IMG/VR virus record: IMGVR_UViG_3300025450_000013
Source of the DNA: a virus
Strand: one strand, 5' to 3'
DNA length: 64,000 bases
The notes below the pieces were generated by a model. That model was given only the letters and a program-made list of their open reading frames with translations, was not told where the DNA came from and made no database searches. Shown piece by piece: positions 27,792 to 38,100 of this stretch (its first letter is position 1; every line of letters starts with the position of its first letter). A program made the translations under genes and the position numbers.

Positions 27792-28535
27792 TCATAGATA
27801 ACATATAATCTCAAACTCACCTGAGTAATGTTCCACTATTGCGGTACAGGACTCTACCCAATCACCGCAGTTTATGTATTGGACTCCTTGTATGTCTTTC
27901 ATAGCCGCTTGGTGGATGTGGCCACAAATAACGCCATCAGCGTGTCTTTTAGAAGCGGCATCAGCAACAACATTTTCATAATCTCCTATAAAGTTTACGG
28001 CTTCTTTTACGTGGTGCTTCGCCCACGCGGACAGGGAGAACCCAGGTATTCCTAAAGTTCTTGTTATCCATTGAATCTTACCATTCAGACCAATCATAGC
28101 ATCATACAACACTCCGCCGATATAGGCAAGCCACTTGGCGTTCATGGTAACAATATCAAACTGATCTCCATGTATAACAATATATTTCTTTCCATCTACA
28201 CCATAATGTATGGCCTCATCCACAAGTTGGATGTTTCCGAATACGATTCCAGAATGTTCTCTAAGGAACTCATCGTGGTTACCGGTCACATAGGTAACGG
28301 TAGCGGCCTTTTTGGATTGTTTGAGGAAGAACTGAATAACATTATTATGGGCCTGTGGCCAATAAACCTTTTTACGCATCATCCAACCGTCAATAATATC
28401 ACCTACAAGGTAATAATGGTCTGCTTCGGTTGATTTTAAAAAGTTTAGTAGGAGTTCTGCGTTTGAATATTTGGTTCCTAAATGTAGGTCCGAAATAAAA
28501 ATAGAACGGTACTTTACTCGGTCTTTATGTTTCAA
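27792..28535 (-). CDS. LpxH-like (UDP-2,3-diacylglucosamine hydrolase family) metallophosphoesterase
   Basis: SDLHLG, VGDIIDGW, GNHD, HGDQFD, CGHIH, N.GDWVES. Confidence 0.85.
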   Translation of the reverse strand: MKHKDRVKYRSIFISDLHLGTKYSNAELLLNFLKSTEADHYYLVGDIIDGWMMRKKVYWPQAHNNVIQFFLKQSKKAATVTYVTGNHDEFLREHSGIVFGNIQLVDEAIHYGVDGKKYIVIHGDQFDIVTMNAKWLAYIGGVLYDAMIGLNGKIQWITRTLGIPGFSLSAWAKHHVKEAVNFIGDYENVVADAASKRHADGVICGHIHQAAMKDIQGVQYINCGDWVESCTAIVEHYSGEFEIICYL

Positions 28536-28581
28536 AACAACCTCTCTGGTTAGGAGACCTATTATTTATTGCTTTGCAACA

Positions 28582-29532
28582 TTAACCGTTTTGTGACGGT
28601 TTCATACTTTCCATAATATCATCTAAAGTATATTGTGGATAGTAACCTAATAGTTCTTTTAGTTTAGTGTTATCAGCAACAAGATAAGGAACGTCACCAT
28701 CTCGGCGTTCTTTATACTCTATTCTCATTTCACCATTATGTAATACGTCGTTGGCCTTATCAACAACCTCTTTCACAGAATAACCTTTACCAGAACCTAT
28801 ATTGAGGACGATGTTGGTATTATCCAAGAAGTTTATGTATTCATAGGCCGCGATATGTGTTCGGCAAATATCAATCACATGAACATAATCACGAATAGCA
28901 GTTCCGTCTACCGTAGGATAATCATCACCATATATTGTGGCAGTTTTATTCTTTGCCAATAGTGGAATCAGATGTGTTTCAGGATCATGTTCTTCATAGA
29001 GGTTGGCCTCTACGTTTCTACCGCAGGCATTGAAATATCTTAGGCGTGCCACATTCATATCGTTGACACCTTCAAGGATAGTTTCGCACATAGCCTTAGA
29101 CTTACCATAAACAGAAACAGGATTCATCGGTTGTGACTCCAACAAATGACCAAACATTTGACTTTTGGACTCACCATACACCGCAGCCGTAGATGAAAAG
29201 ATAAAGTTTCTTATCTTACATCTTTTTGCCATATCAATGGTGTTTAAGGTGGCTCCGATGTTGTTTCTATAATATGACCAAGGGTCTCTTTCCCCTTCTT
29301 CCACTGAGATATATGCTGCGAAATGGAAGAGGCAATCGACTTCTCCTCTTGAGAAATAAGCGGTGTTGAGAGAAAGATCAACACAGCTAAAAGCATCATA
29401 AAGATGCCGCAAATGCGGTCTAACATTTTTATCTACTCCTATGATAAAGCAATCCGGATAGGTTCGCTTTAGTTCATAGCACATATGACTGCCAATGTAA
29501 CCGTTACAGCCTGTGACTACAAATTTTTTCAT
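28582..29532 (-). CDS. galE: UDP-glucose 4-epimerase
   Basis: TG..GYIGSH, FSSTAAVYG, YGKSK, LRYFNACG, DGT.IRDYVHV. Confidence 0.9.
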   Translation of the reverse strand: MKKFVVTGCNGYIGSHMCYELKRTYPDCFIIGVDKNVRPHLRHLYDAFSCVDLSLNTAYFSRGEVDCLFHFAAYISVEEGERDPWSYYRNNIGATLNTIDMAKRCKIRNFIFSSTAAVYGESKSQMFGHLLESQPMNPVSVYGKSKAMCETILEGVNDMNVARLRYFNACGRNVEANLYEEHDPETHLIPLLAKNKTATIYGDDYPTVDGTAIRDYVHVIDICRTHIAAYEYINFLDNTNIVLNIGSGKGYSVKEVVDKANDVLHNGEMRIEYKERRDGDVPYLVADNTKLKELLGYYPQYTLDDIMESMKPSQNG

Positions 29533-30116
29533 TTGATTGCTATTAGTTTTAGAACCGCACCTCTTGCTGGTTCTGGGTTACGTTCATCATCTTCACGGTA
29601 AATCCCCGTGAATCCTGCTTCTTGTAAAAGATTAACCAATGACTTCTCACAGAAACCATTAATGTGGCCCATACCTGGTATTCTATATTCTTCTGGATGA
29701 CGCCAACCACCAAATAGATAGTCCATGGCATTCTCCCAAGGATCTTCATGTCTATTCAACCATTCAACATTAGCCTTTTCTTTCCAGTCACCGTGGACAA
29801 TACGTTCCATAATCCACATAACATCTGGGCAGGTGATCTCAAATGTACCACCTGGTTTTAGAATACGATGAATTTCTTTCAATACATCTGGAACCGCAAA
29901 GTGGAGCAAATGTTCTATAACATCTCCAAGATAAATTTTCTCTGCGGTGTTATCTTCATACGGATATGGAATGTTATGAAGGTCATGGACTTTTGTTGTG
30001 CTAGGCCATTGATGAATGTCCATACGATCTGTTGAATCTGGTTTAGGATGTGGTCCTGCACCAATGTCAAGAATAAATTTATCTGGTTTTTCTATTATGA
30101 GTTTAACTTCATCCAT
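29529..30116 (-). CDS. class I SAM-dependent methyltransferase
   Basis: LDIGAG, VIEHL, EIHRILKPGG. Confidence 0.8.
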   Translation of the reverse strand: MDEVKLIIEKPDKFILDIGAGPHPKPDSTDRMDIHQWPSTTKVHDLHNIPYPYEDNTAEKIYLGDVIEHLLHFAVPDVLKEIHRILKPGGTFEITCPDVMWIMERIVHGDWKEKANVEWLNRHEDPWENAMDYLFGGWRHPEEYRIPGMGHINGFCEKSLVNLLQEAGFTGIYREDDERNPEPARGAVLKLIAIK

Positions 30117-31086
30117 TTAGAGCATCCTTAATGCAAAGACGTAAACTGTCATTAACTTTCATCTGTGCTTCCCAACCAAGGAGTTCCTTGGCCTTTGTTA
30201 CATCAGGCACACGATGGCGAACATCATTAAGATATCCTGGTTTATGGTCAAAGGTCATAGCATAATCAAACTGACATCCAAACTCAGTGGTTGCGATAAC
30301 ACGGATTCTTCGTGCTAAGTCCTTCATGCTTATTGGTTCATAGTTGCCAAGATTAAAGGCCTGACCGTTTGTCTTAGCGGAGAATGAATGTGTAGCAATA
30401 GCCTCTGCTACCTCATCAATCCATGTGAAGCAACGGATCTGCTCACCATCACCAAGAATAGGAATATTATTGGAACGTTTGACTATAATCTCATGCATAA
30501 AGTCAGCAAATACGTGGGAAATACCTTGCTGACCTTCCGTTCGCTCATAAGGAGTTAGAACATTGAATGGACGCCAAATGGTATATTCAACACCATATTG
30601 CTTTTTAAAAGCAATCGACATCTTTTCACCAACAAACTTGGAAAGGCCATACTCGGTGTAAGGAGCAATCACCTGATCAACATCATCTTCCTTAACTGTA
30701 CCTTCACAGTTCTCATACACCATAGACGATGAGGTATAAACAACTTTGGAGACGCCGTGGTCTACTGCGGCCTTGAGGACGTTATTATGTAGTGCTAGGT
30801 CTTCACCGAGAATATCGGCACAATACTTATTAAATCCACCAACACCATAGATACGGGCGGCCGCCTGGATGATTAGGTCTGGTTGAACTGATTTGACAAG
30901 AGCATTTACCGATGGACGATCTGTAAGGTCGATTTTGCGGAACTCATAACCTTCACCAGCAATACCAAGACGCTCACCATAACGGCAAAGATTATCTGCA
31001 CCATACACAGCATGTTTATCTCGTAGCAGTTTAGGAATAACTGCCTGCATCAATGACCCTTCCGAGCCGCATACTAATACTTTCAT
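30109..31086 (-). CDS. NAD-dependent NDP-sugar epimerase/dehydratase/decarboxylase
   Basis: SSSMVYE, YGLSK, RPFN, GDGEQIRCFT. Confidence 0.85.
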   Translation of the reverse strand: MKVLVCGSEGSLMQAVIPKLLRDKHAVYGADNLCRYGERLGIAGEGYEFRKIDLTDRPSVNALVKSVQPDLIIQAAARIYGVGGFNKYCADILGEDLALHNNVLKAAVDHGVSKVVYTSSSMVYENCEGTVKEDDVDQVIAPYTEYGLSKFVGEKMSIAFKKQYGVEYTIWRPFNVLTPYERTEGQQGISHVFADFMHEIIVKRSNNIPILGDGEQIRCFTWIDEVAEAIATHSFSAKTNGQAFNLGNYEPISMKDLARRIRVIATTEFGCQFDYAMTFDHKPGYLNDVRHRVPDVTKAKELLGWEAQMKVNDSLRLCIKDALNG

Positions 31087-32315
31087 TTAACATCTCCAAC
31101 TTTATAAATGCCTGTCTTACTTAGTTTACTTTCTGGATACATTTTCCAGAGGTCGGCAACAATACAATCTTTTCTAAACCAATCTAGAGGCCATTCTGAA
31201 TCCATACCTGTGTGTGGAGTCATTACAATAACCGCATCCACCTCTTGAGGTATCATCCATGTATCTGCTTTGATAAATGGATCCCACATATCTGATTCAA
31301 CACCATGCTTCTTACACACCTTACGCATTTTATATGAAAGACTGTTGCGTGTATCATCACAGTCCTTCTTGAATGTAGCACCTAGAATAAGGACCTTATC
31401 GATGTTCGGGTTGATATCCTTAATGCGATTAAACACATAATCTGGCATACCTTCATTAATAAGAAAGCTAGTGTTAATAAGATCGCCAAAGGGAATGTCA
31501 CTAAGCAAGAAACGGCCGTCTTTGAAGAGGCAAGGGCCTCCAACATTAGGACCTGGATGAGGCACATCCATTCTAGGATAATCATAGTTACATGCGTCAA
31601 TAACTTTGTCGATGTTGATGCCATGTTTCTCTCCAATCATCCACATTTCATTAGCAAAGGCAAAGGTTACATAACGATACATGTTAGTCATCAACTTACC
31701 AAGTTCCGCTTCTTTTGGTGAAAGGTGAAAAACTTTATTCTTGATAAAACTGTTAAAGAATAATGCGGCCTGTAAGTAAGACTCCTCACTAAAGGCACCG
31801 ACAATCTGCGGTAGTTTTGTTGTTTCAATAATAGAACGGCCTTGAACCACTCGTTCTGGGCAGAATACAAGATAATAATCTTCACCTTCTATCCAACCAT
31901 GGTTCTTCTCAATATGCTTACGAAGAACCTCTGTCGTACCAGGTGATACCGTAGAACGAAGGACAATCAACTGTCCTTTTCTCATGCGAGGAATAAGAGT
32001 ATCATCAACAAAATTAAAAAGGTCATCAAGACGGGCATTACCTTCTCCATCAACTGGCGTACCAATCATAATTGCAACTACATCAGAGTCCTTGATGAAA
32101 TCAAAATCGGTGGTAAAAAGGATTCTATCTTTCTTTAGATTGATTTTAAGAATATCTTCACCACCTTCTTCCGCATAAGGTGTGATACCAGCATTTAGTT
32201 TATCAACGGCATCTTGATTGATATCAATACCATATACATTATGACCTGCTTCGGCCACGACACAGGCAAATGGAAATCCTACGTGCCCGCCGGCACCGAT
32301 AACTGATACTTTCAT
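31083..32315 (-). CDS. UDP-glucose/GDP-mannose (UDP-ManNAc) dehydrogenase family
   Basis: GAGGHVG, GTP, RSTVSPGTT, PERV, AE..KL..N, GGPCL.KD, FK...DD.RNS. Confidence 0.9.
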   Translation of the reverse strand: MKVSVIGAGGHVGFPFACVVAEAGHNVYGIDINQDAVDKLNAGITPYAEEGGEDILKINLKKDRILFTTDFDFIKDSDVVAIMIGTPVDGEGNARLDDLFNFVDDTLIPRMRKGQLIVLRSTVSPGTTEVLRKHIEKNHGWIEGEDYYLVFCPERVVQGRSIIETTKLPQIVGAFSEESYLQAALFFNSFIKNKVFHLSPKEAELGKLMTNMYRYVTFAFANEMWMIGEKHGINIDKVIDACNYDYPRMDVPHPGPNVGGPCLFKDGRFLLSDIPFGDLINTSFLINEGMPDYVFNRIKDINPNIDKVLILGATFKKDCDDTRNSLSYKMRKVCKKHGVESDMWDPFIKADTWMIPQEVDAVIVMTPHTGMDSEWPLDWFRKDCIVADLWKMYPESKLSKTGIYKVGDVK

Positions 32316-33256
32316 TATTTTGTCTCCAATAAAACATCCTCTATGTCATTACAGGTATCTTGGATGGTGTGGTTTGCCATGACATAGTTATAGGCACTAT
32401 CAATCTTTTCTTCATCTCTCTTATGATTACGGAGAAGTTCCATCAACTCCTTTTCATCTTTATAAGTGGTGCCATAATAGCACATATCTTTGGCACCGGC
32501 AATATCTCTGGCGTACCATGGAGTTTTATTCATCATAGCCTCAAGAAGAACAAGCCCAAATCCTTCCTCATAGGAGTTCATAATGTAAGCATCGGCCGAA
32601 GAAATAGAAAATAAAACATCCGTCTTGGATTTACCAAAGAAACATTTGACCGCATCATTCTCGGCAGGCATCAAATGTTCCTCACCGTATCCATATAGAT
32701 GGAGTTCTGCATTAGGAATCTTGGCCTTAGTAAATGCTTCGGCGAGAGGACCCATTGCTTTATGTGAATAAAAACCACCGGCAGAAACAAAGATAGTTTT
32801 TGTTTTATCAAGATTTAGTCTAACATATGCTACTTGCTCAATACCATGCCGAATACGACGACCTTTTTCTAACACATTATGTTTTCTAAGATGATCAATA
32901 TCCATGCTGGTAGAGTAACCAAGGAATCGGTGATGTTTTAGACCATGAACACACATCTGACTGTCGCTTGGTTTTACAATTAGATAAAGAACAGGAGATT
33001 TTATTCTATCAGCATTTAGATGAACGATATTCTGTGCCTGAACATCACCACCATGAACGATGATAAGGTCCCACTTTTCACCTAATGAATAGAAATCATC
33101 CAGAACCTTTACACCATTATAATCACCTTGGTTTGTAGGTGCCAAAACGAACACTTCATGCCCTCGTTTAAGCATTTCTTCGGCCATATTCTGGACATAA
33201 TACTCACTACCACCAGGATATGGAGCATAACGGTGAACCACAAATAATATTTTCAT
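32315..33256 (-). CDS. GT4 glycosyltransferase
   Basis: GGSE, EGFGLVLLEAM. Confidence 0.85.
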   Translation of the reverse strand: MKILFVVHRYAPYPGGSEYYVQNMAEEMLKRGHEVFVLAPTNQGDYNGVKVLDDFYSLGEKWDLIIVHGGDVQAQNIVHLNADRIKSPVLYLIVKPSDSQMCVHGLKHHRFLGYSTSMDIDHLRKHNVLEKGRRIRHGIEQVAYVRLNLDKTKTIFVSAGGFYSHKAMGPLAEAFTKAKIPNAELHLYGYGEEHLMPAENDAVKCFFGKSKTDVLFSISSADAYIMNSYEEGFGLVLLEAMMNKTPWYARDIAGAKDMCYYGTTYKDEKELMELLRNHKRDEEKIDSAYNYVMANHTIQDTCNDIEDVLLETK

Positions 33257-34167
33257 TTACCACCCATTACAAATGTTTCCCACCAATCACATAGGTTATT
33301 TAAATCGGTGAACTCATTAGGAATATCATTTTTAAATACAGTTCTCTCTATCTTATCTAGGTACTCTTGTTTACCAGCAGGAGAATCCAAATGTCTAATA
33401 TAGTCCACAACATCATCTAAGGTTTTAAAATTATGAACATTAATAAAGGCCTCGGTATTAAAGTCACGATTAACCGTTGGGCTACCCCAATAAATCGGCA
33501 TTGTCTTGGTCTGGAATGCGTTTAGAATTTTCTCTGTAACATAACCAGGATAAGAACCATTCTCAAAGCAAATGTTAAACCTATAGTTGTTGAGAAACTC
33601 CAGTTTATATTTTAACTTATCTCTTGGTAGAATGGCATTCATGTTGTTTAGATGTGGCCCAGCCGAGTGTACCTTTTTATATTGACTTGTAAGGTGGAAC
33701 ATGGCATTCCGCATCTCTTGTCTAGGATTAGATACAACAAAAGAACAGAAATCTCTGTTATCATAATCTTTTTCATAGTCGTGTACCACATTTTTAATCT
33801 GGTAAAAATCATCTGTCCATCCTTCTTGGACAGCACCATGCATATCAACCACATAAAGTGGTAGACGATAATGCCTTGATGTGTTTAGGTGATCAAATGT
33901 AATTGCAAAGTGAGCCTTATCTAAAGGAGGACGAACATTCTCACCTGTAAATGCGATAGTCACCATATTAGGATTTTTAAATTGACTCCAATTATAATGA
34001 CTATCAGTATAAAAACTCTGATTAGGATTCAAATCACCAAATATTAGGTAATCAGGATTCTTATCATCTCTCTTTACATCAAATCTACGGCCTAATGCTT
34101 CCATAAAAAAGTTTTCGGCCGTAGAAAATGAATATATGAATCCAAGTTTAAGAGGTTTTTTCATCAT
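33253..34167 (-). CDS. GT10 alpha-1,3-fucosyltransferase-like
   Basis: TGENVRP, FCSFVVSNP, K.EFL..YRFNICFEN...GYVTEKI..AF...PIYWG. Confidence 0.85.
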   Translation of the reverse strand: MMKKPLKLGFIYSFSTAENFFMEALGRRFDVKRDDKNPDYLIFGDLNPNQSFYTDSHYNWSQFKNPNMVTIAFTGENVRPPLDKAHFAITFDHLNTSRHYRLPLYVVDMHGAVQEGWTDDFYQIKNVVHDYEKDYDNRDFCSFVVSNPRQEMRNAMFHLTSQYKKVHSAGPHLNNMNAILPRDKLKYKLEFLNNYRFNICFENGSYPGYVTEKILNAFQTKTMPIYWGSPTVNRDFNTEAFINVHNFKTLDDVVDYIRHLDSPAGKQEYLDKIERTVFKNDIPNEFTDLNNLCDWWETFVMGGK

Positions 34168-34760
34168 TTATACCAGAAGAAGGTTGAGTTAGTTGATAGG
34201 TTAATAGGTGCTGTAATACCATTCTTTGTGCGGAAATCGTTTACTGCTTTATTAACATTTTGAATAGAAGAATAATCATGCCCACTAAACAATCCACCTT
34301 TTTTTAATAAAGGATAATATGCTTCACAGTCCGATAATGTAGCATCATATGAATGATCACCATCAACAAAGATAAAATCAAACTCCGCTTTATCTGTAAT
34401 GGTTTTAATTTTAGATGCAGCATCAATAGATGTTTCACGGATCATTTGCGCGCGATCACCATATTGTTTTAGGTTCTTTTGTGCAATATCTAGGAACTTA
34501 TCAATTGTATCTTGTGTAATCTCACCGTTCCAATCTTCATACGCCTTATATGGATCAATGGTGTATAGTTTAACAATGTTTGGGCATTTATCCAATAGAA
34601 ATGCTGTAGACTCGGCACGACATGTACCGATCTCAACACCAACTACGTTTTCACCAAGTCGTTTGATATAAGGTGCTAAACCTTTTACCGAAACCCATTC
34701 ATAAGGCCACTTATCACCAAGTTCCTCAATAGTCTTGAAATCATCTTCTCCTAAAGCCAT
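34164..34760 (-). CDS. class I SAM methyltransferase (Methyltransf_24-like)
   Basis: VEIG, IDPY, DFIFVDGDHSY, GG...GHDY. Confidence 0.85.
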   Translation of the reverse strand: MALGEDDFKTIEELGDKWPYEWVSVKGLAPYIKRLGENVVGVEIGTCRAESTAFLLDKCPNIVKLYTIDPYKAYEDWNGEITQDTIDKFLDIAQKNLKQYGDRAQMIRETSIDAASKIKTITDKAEFDFIFVDGDHSYDATLSDCEAYYPLLKKGGLFSGHDYSSIQNVNKAVNDFRTKNGITAPINLSTNSTFFWYK

Positions 34761-34761
34761 C

Positions 34762-35658
34762 TTAATCTCCGTATTTGTTTTCTACTAATTCTTTCCAAAT
34801 AGGAACCCTATCCCACTGGTGAACAACTGTTGCCTTTTTACTATTGGCATAAATCTCGTTATCTGTTACATTATAGTCTATTTGTTTAACAAATGGCAAG
34901 ACCATCATAGGATTATTCCTATATGCCTCACCAATACCACCTGAACCAGCCTTGATAGCAGGTAAAGATGTACCAGCATGAATAACCCATCCATCGGTAG
35001 GATTAGTAAAATTTGTCTGGATTGTATAAGCGTCGGTTTGTAATAGGATGTTTAGAGCAGCCTGATCTGGTCCTCCACCACCGGGAACATGTGGATTAAG
35101 ACCATGACAAATTAACCAAACATTTAGAGCAAGATCACGCATAGCATTTCTTTTTCCTGCAATAACACCTGCACAATAGATTTCATTATCACCATGAGTT
35201 TCCAAGAAATAAGGACCGAATGCCTGTTGGAGATTGTTACAACCCCAAGGTTCATCTTTATACTTTAGATTTTCGGAACCAACAATAATTTGATTATCAT
35301 TATTGTTTAACCATTTTGATGGATCACTTTGAAATACCACATCACGAACATCTGTCATAATAACATTATTAACAGGTTCACTTAATACGTTTAGAAAACC
35401 ATATAGATGAAAGAAACGGTCAACCATGACAGAACCTTTGGAATTATCATGTTTAAATCCAGTCTTTTCATCATATTGGCCACAACCAATTAGCATAAAC
35501 TCTTCATCAGTAAGTTTCTTTACCGTTTCTGTGTCCATATTATAAACGATAAGAGCCTTATGACCTGTAAAACCGGACTTCTTAATAGAGTTGGCCCAAT
35601 ACTTAATCTTATCCCATTTATAGTTATCAACTACACCTACAATTAAATCTTTTGCCAT
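34762..35658 (-). CDS. putative GT-A glycosyltransferase
   Basis: RFF, TDVRDV.FQ, DQAALN, HQWDR. Confidence 0.6.
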   Translation of the reverse strand: MAKDLIVGVVDNYKWDKIKYWANSIKKSGFTGHKALIVYNMDTETVKKLTDEEFMLIGCGQYDEKTGFKHDNSKGSVMVDRFFHLYGFLNVLSEPVNNVIMTDVRDVVFQSDPSKWLNNNDNQIIVGSENLKYKDEPWGCNNLQQAFGPYFLETHGDNEIYCAGVIAGKRNAMRDLALNVWLICHGLNPHVPGGGGPDQAALNILLQTDAYTIQTNFTNPTDGWVIHAGTSLPAIKAGSGGIGEAYRNNPMMVLPFVKQIDYNVTDNEIYANSKKATVVHQWDRVPIWKELVENKYGD

Positions 35659-36389
35659 GGAAATTTTCCTTCATAATATTGTTCGTTTATCTTGTTACCT
35701 GAATCAAAAAATTCTTTACTTACCGAGTTGGGGTTGCCATCTAAACGATAGCAAAGTGTATGCTTACCGCTCGTATTATATTTTGAACGGTCTTTCACAG
35801 CATAGAGATACTGGCGGTCTCCACCCCAACCGGCATGCCAGTAGTGACATGTCTTTTGTAGAAATTCTCTTTTCCAACAGAATGATGATGTGTCTATTAG
35901 AAACTGGTCTCCATAAGGAGAGTTGCGTGAAGCAAATATTGGCCACTTGCCTAAACTTTCACAGTTGTCATCACAGAGATATTCTTTATTCGTATTATAT
36001 ATCTGTCGTAAAGAGTAAGCAAAATCTAAGTTCTGTGTCTCAATGGTTTCTATCAATGATGCTACATGGTCTGGTTGATACCAGTTGTCTTCATCAAGGA
36101 AGAGAATGTAATCGGAGTTTACTAGGTGTGGATATGCCGCATAGATACGATGACCATAGAATGATTGTTCACCAACTTTACCTGTGTTCTCTGGTGTTAC
36201 ACAAAATTGAATAGCACCACCAACAGCAAGAGGATATACTTTATCAAAATGTTCGGGTCCATCACATACAATTAAATGCTTACACTTGTAGGTTTGGTTT
36301 GCTACCGACTCAATGGCATCTTTTAGTTTTGGAGAACCAATAGTAGGTGTAATAACCGTTACAGGTTTTTCAATCACAAGTTTCATCAT
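35643..36389 (-). CDS. GT2 glycosyltransferase
   Basis: VITPT, SV.NQTY, FLDEDN (DxD), DR. Confidence 0.85.
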   Translation of the reverse strand: MMKLVIEKPVTVITPTIGSPKLKDAIESVANQTYKCKHLIVCDGPEHFDKVYPLAVGGAIQFCVTPENTGKVGEQSFYGHRIYAAYPHLVNSDYILFLDEDNWYQPDHVASLIETIETQNLDFAYSLRQIYNTNKEYLCDDNCESLGKWPIFASRNSPYGDQFLIDTSSFCWKREFLQKTCHYWHAGWGGDRQYLYAVKDRSKYNTSGKHTLCYRLDGNPNSVSKEFFDSGNKINEQYYEGKFPWQKI

Positions 36390-36405
36390 AACATCCTATA
36401 AAGAA

Positions 36406-36434
36406 GACCGGGACTTGTATCAGAGGTCCCGGCC
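36406..36434 (-). terminator. terminator after hsp20
   Basis: CCGGGAC..GTCCCGG stem followed by TCTTCTTT. Confidence 0.55.
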
Positions 36435-36447
36435 GTGTTATACTTAC

Positions 36448-36987
36448 TTAGGCTACTTTCTTACCTGTCTTCTCTCCAGCAAGCTGCTTTTGAAACGCCG
36501 TTGCCTCAGAGAGGAACTGTCTCGTCGCCTCCCCGACGCCGAACGGATCCAGGATGTCGATTTTCTTCGCCTTCTTCTCTTCGGGAATAAATCGTTCAAG
36601 AAAGATTTTAAGAAGTCCATTAGCCATCTCCGCGTTCTTTACAACGACCGTGTCGGCAAGTGTAAATTGGCGAGTGAAAGCACGGTCAGCAATACCTTTG
36701 AAAATGTAGTCTTTATCATCATTCTCTAAGCGGCCAGAAACCGTCAAAACATCATCCTTCAATTCAATATCAAGGTTCTGTTTTCCGAAACCAGCAAGGG
36801 CGATTTCGATAACAAAATGTTCCTCGTCGACCTTCTTGATATTGTATGGAGGGTATGATGGGATTTTTGGAGCGTATTCACTTGCTTCCTGTAATCGTCT
36901 AAGGATCGTATCAAATCCAATAGCAGTCTTAGGAAGATTTCCAGATGTTAACCCAAAGGGGTCAAATAGTAGATGTTCTTTAGTCAT
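36448..36987 (-). CDS. hsp20: small heat-shock protein (IbpA-like)
   Basis: YPPYNI, IEIALAGF, GIA.R.F.R.F.LA, NGLL. Confidence 0.95.
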   Translation of the reverse strand: MTKEHLLFDPFGLTSGNLPKTAIGFDTILRRLQEASEYAPKIPSYPPYNIKKVDEEHFVIEIALAGFGKQNLDIELKDDVLTVSGRLENDDKDYIFKGIADRAFTRQFTLADTVVVKNAEMANGLLKIFLERFIPEEKKAKKIDILDPFGVGEATRQFLSEATAFQKQLAGEKTGKKVA

Positions 36988-37075
36988 GTGTTTCTCCTAT
37001 AGTTAGCGAGAATAAAAGTGAATGAATCCTCCTGGAAACATTCACATATATTATATAGTAAACTTATTGATCTTG

Positions 37076-37420
37076 TCAACCAATTCTCCAACTAGAACCG
37101 TCAGAATATACAGGAACTGGTGTAGATCCTCCACCTGTTACGACAACACCAATTACGTTATTAGAAAAGTCATTAGAGGAATCAGTAACAAATGCCCTTC
37201 TTCCTAAACCAACAGATGCAGATGGTAATCCTGATACCGTTGTTGGTAATGTATAAAAACTATTCTTAGAAACGTCAAAAACAATCGTGCTATTATAAGA
37301 TAGTTGTAATAGACGAGATGCCGCACTCTCACCAATAGATGTAACACTCATTCCAATACCAGTATAGGTATTGCTAGAGTTTACCCAAGATGCTGTAAGA
37401 TTTCCAATAGGAGTTGTCAT
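37076..37420 (-). CDS. tail-fibre/spike C-terminal-like small protein
   Basis: TV..LPSA....RAFVTD...GGG...VPVYSDG..WRIG module. Confidence 0.55.
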   Translation of the reverse strand: MTTPIGNLTASWVNSSNTYTGIGMSVTSIGESAASRLLQLSYNSTIVFDVSKNSFYTLPTTVSGLPSASVGLGRRAFVTDSSNDFSNNVIGVVVTGGGSTPVPVYSDGSSWRIG

Positions 37421-38100
37421 GTTGTCACCATTGCTGAAGTTAAGTTCATTGCTGGATAATAATCCAAATATGTTTGTACCACTACTCTATCACCAGAATC
37501 CGTAACAATAGCATTAGTAACACTATCGGCACTTGCATATGGTGTACCACTTACATAAAGAACAGTTGTAAGATAGTTACCTGAGGTCTGTCCTACTATA
37601 TTTTGTCCTGGATTAGCATTTACACCTGGTGTTAGTCCACTTATCTGAGCTACGGCACCAGAACCACCAATCTGTGTGAAACTAGAAACAGTTCCTAAAA
37701 CTTGGCCTGCTACAGACACCAACTCACCAACTTGTAAAGAACCCAGCCCACCACCAAGTAGTTTATTCATAATACCAAGTGTAGCACCCATACTACCCAT
37801 ACCAATCATGACATCATTAGAACCTTGTATTGGTATTGGAAATCCTTTAACATGAGGAGTAATACCAATAATGTCAGGTGATGCTTGACTTATAATAGCA
37901 GGAATAGCAGGTATACCACCAATCAAAACATTGTGTTGTAATACGTTAATCAACTGACCTAGATTAGTATGAGTGTCAATATCACCAACAACAGCAGGTG
38001 TTCTATTGTTAATTTTTACATTAGAACTTTCTGCCAGTAGGCATTTAGAAAGAGCACCGCACATTCTCATCATCAAATCAAGGTGAATGGGAAAGGTCAT
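37417..38100 (-). CDS. PAAR(gp5.4)-like protein with C-terminal extension
   Basis: N-terminal H...R.CGA...NV.IN....AVVGD...H...NV.IGG. Confidence 0.45.
   Translation of the reverse strand: MTFPIHLDLMMRMCGALSKCLLAESSNVKINNRTPAVVGDIDTHTNLGQLINVLQHNVLIGGIPAIPAIISQASPDIIGITPHVKGFPIPIQGSNDVMIGMGSMGATLGIMNKLLGGGLGSLQVGELVSVAGQVLGTVSSFTQIGGSGAVAQISGLTPGVNANPGQNIVGQTSGNYLTTVLYVSGTPYASADSVTNAIVTDSGDRVVVQTYLDYYPAMNLTSAMVTT

Noticed and set aside
27097-27804. Possible group I intron around the HNH gene (also considered for 53778-54329 and 59310-59870)
   Set aside because: The flanking genes are complete and there is no room for an intron core, so the endonucleases are free-standing.
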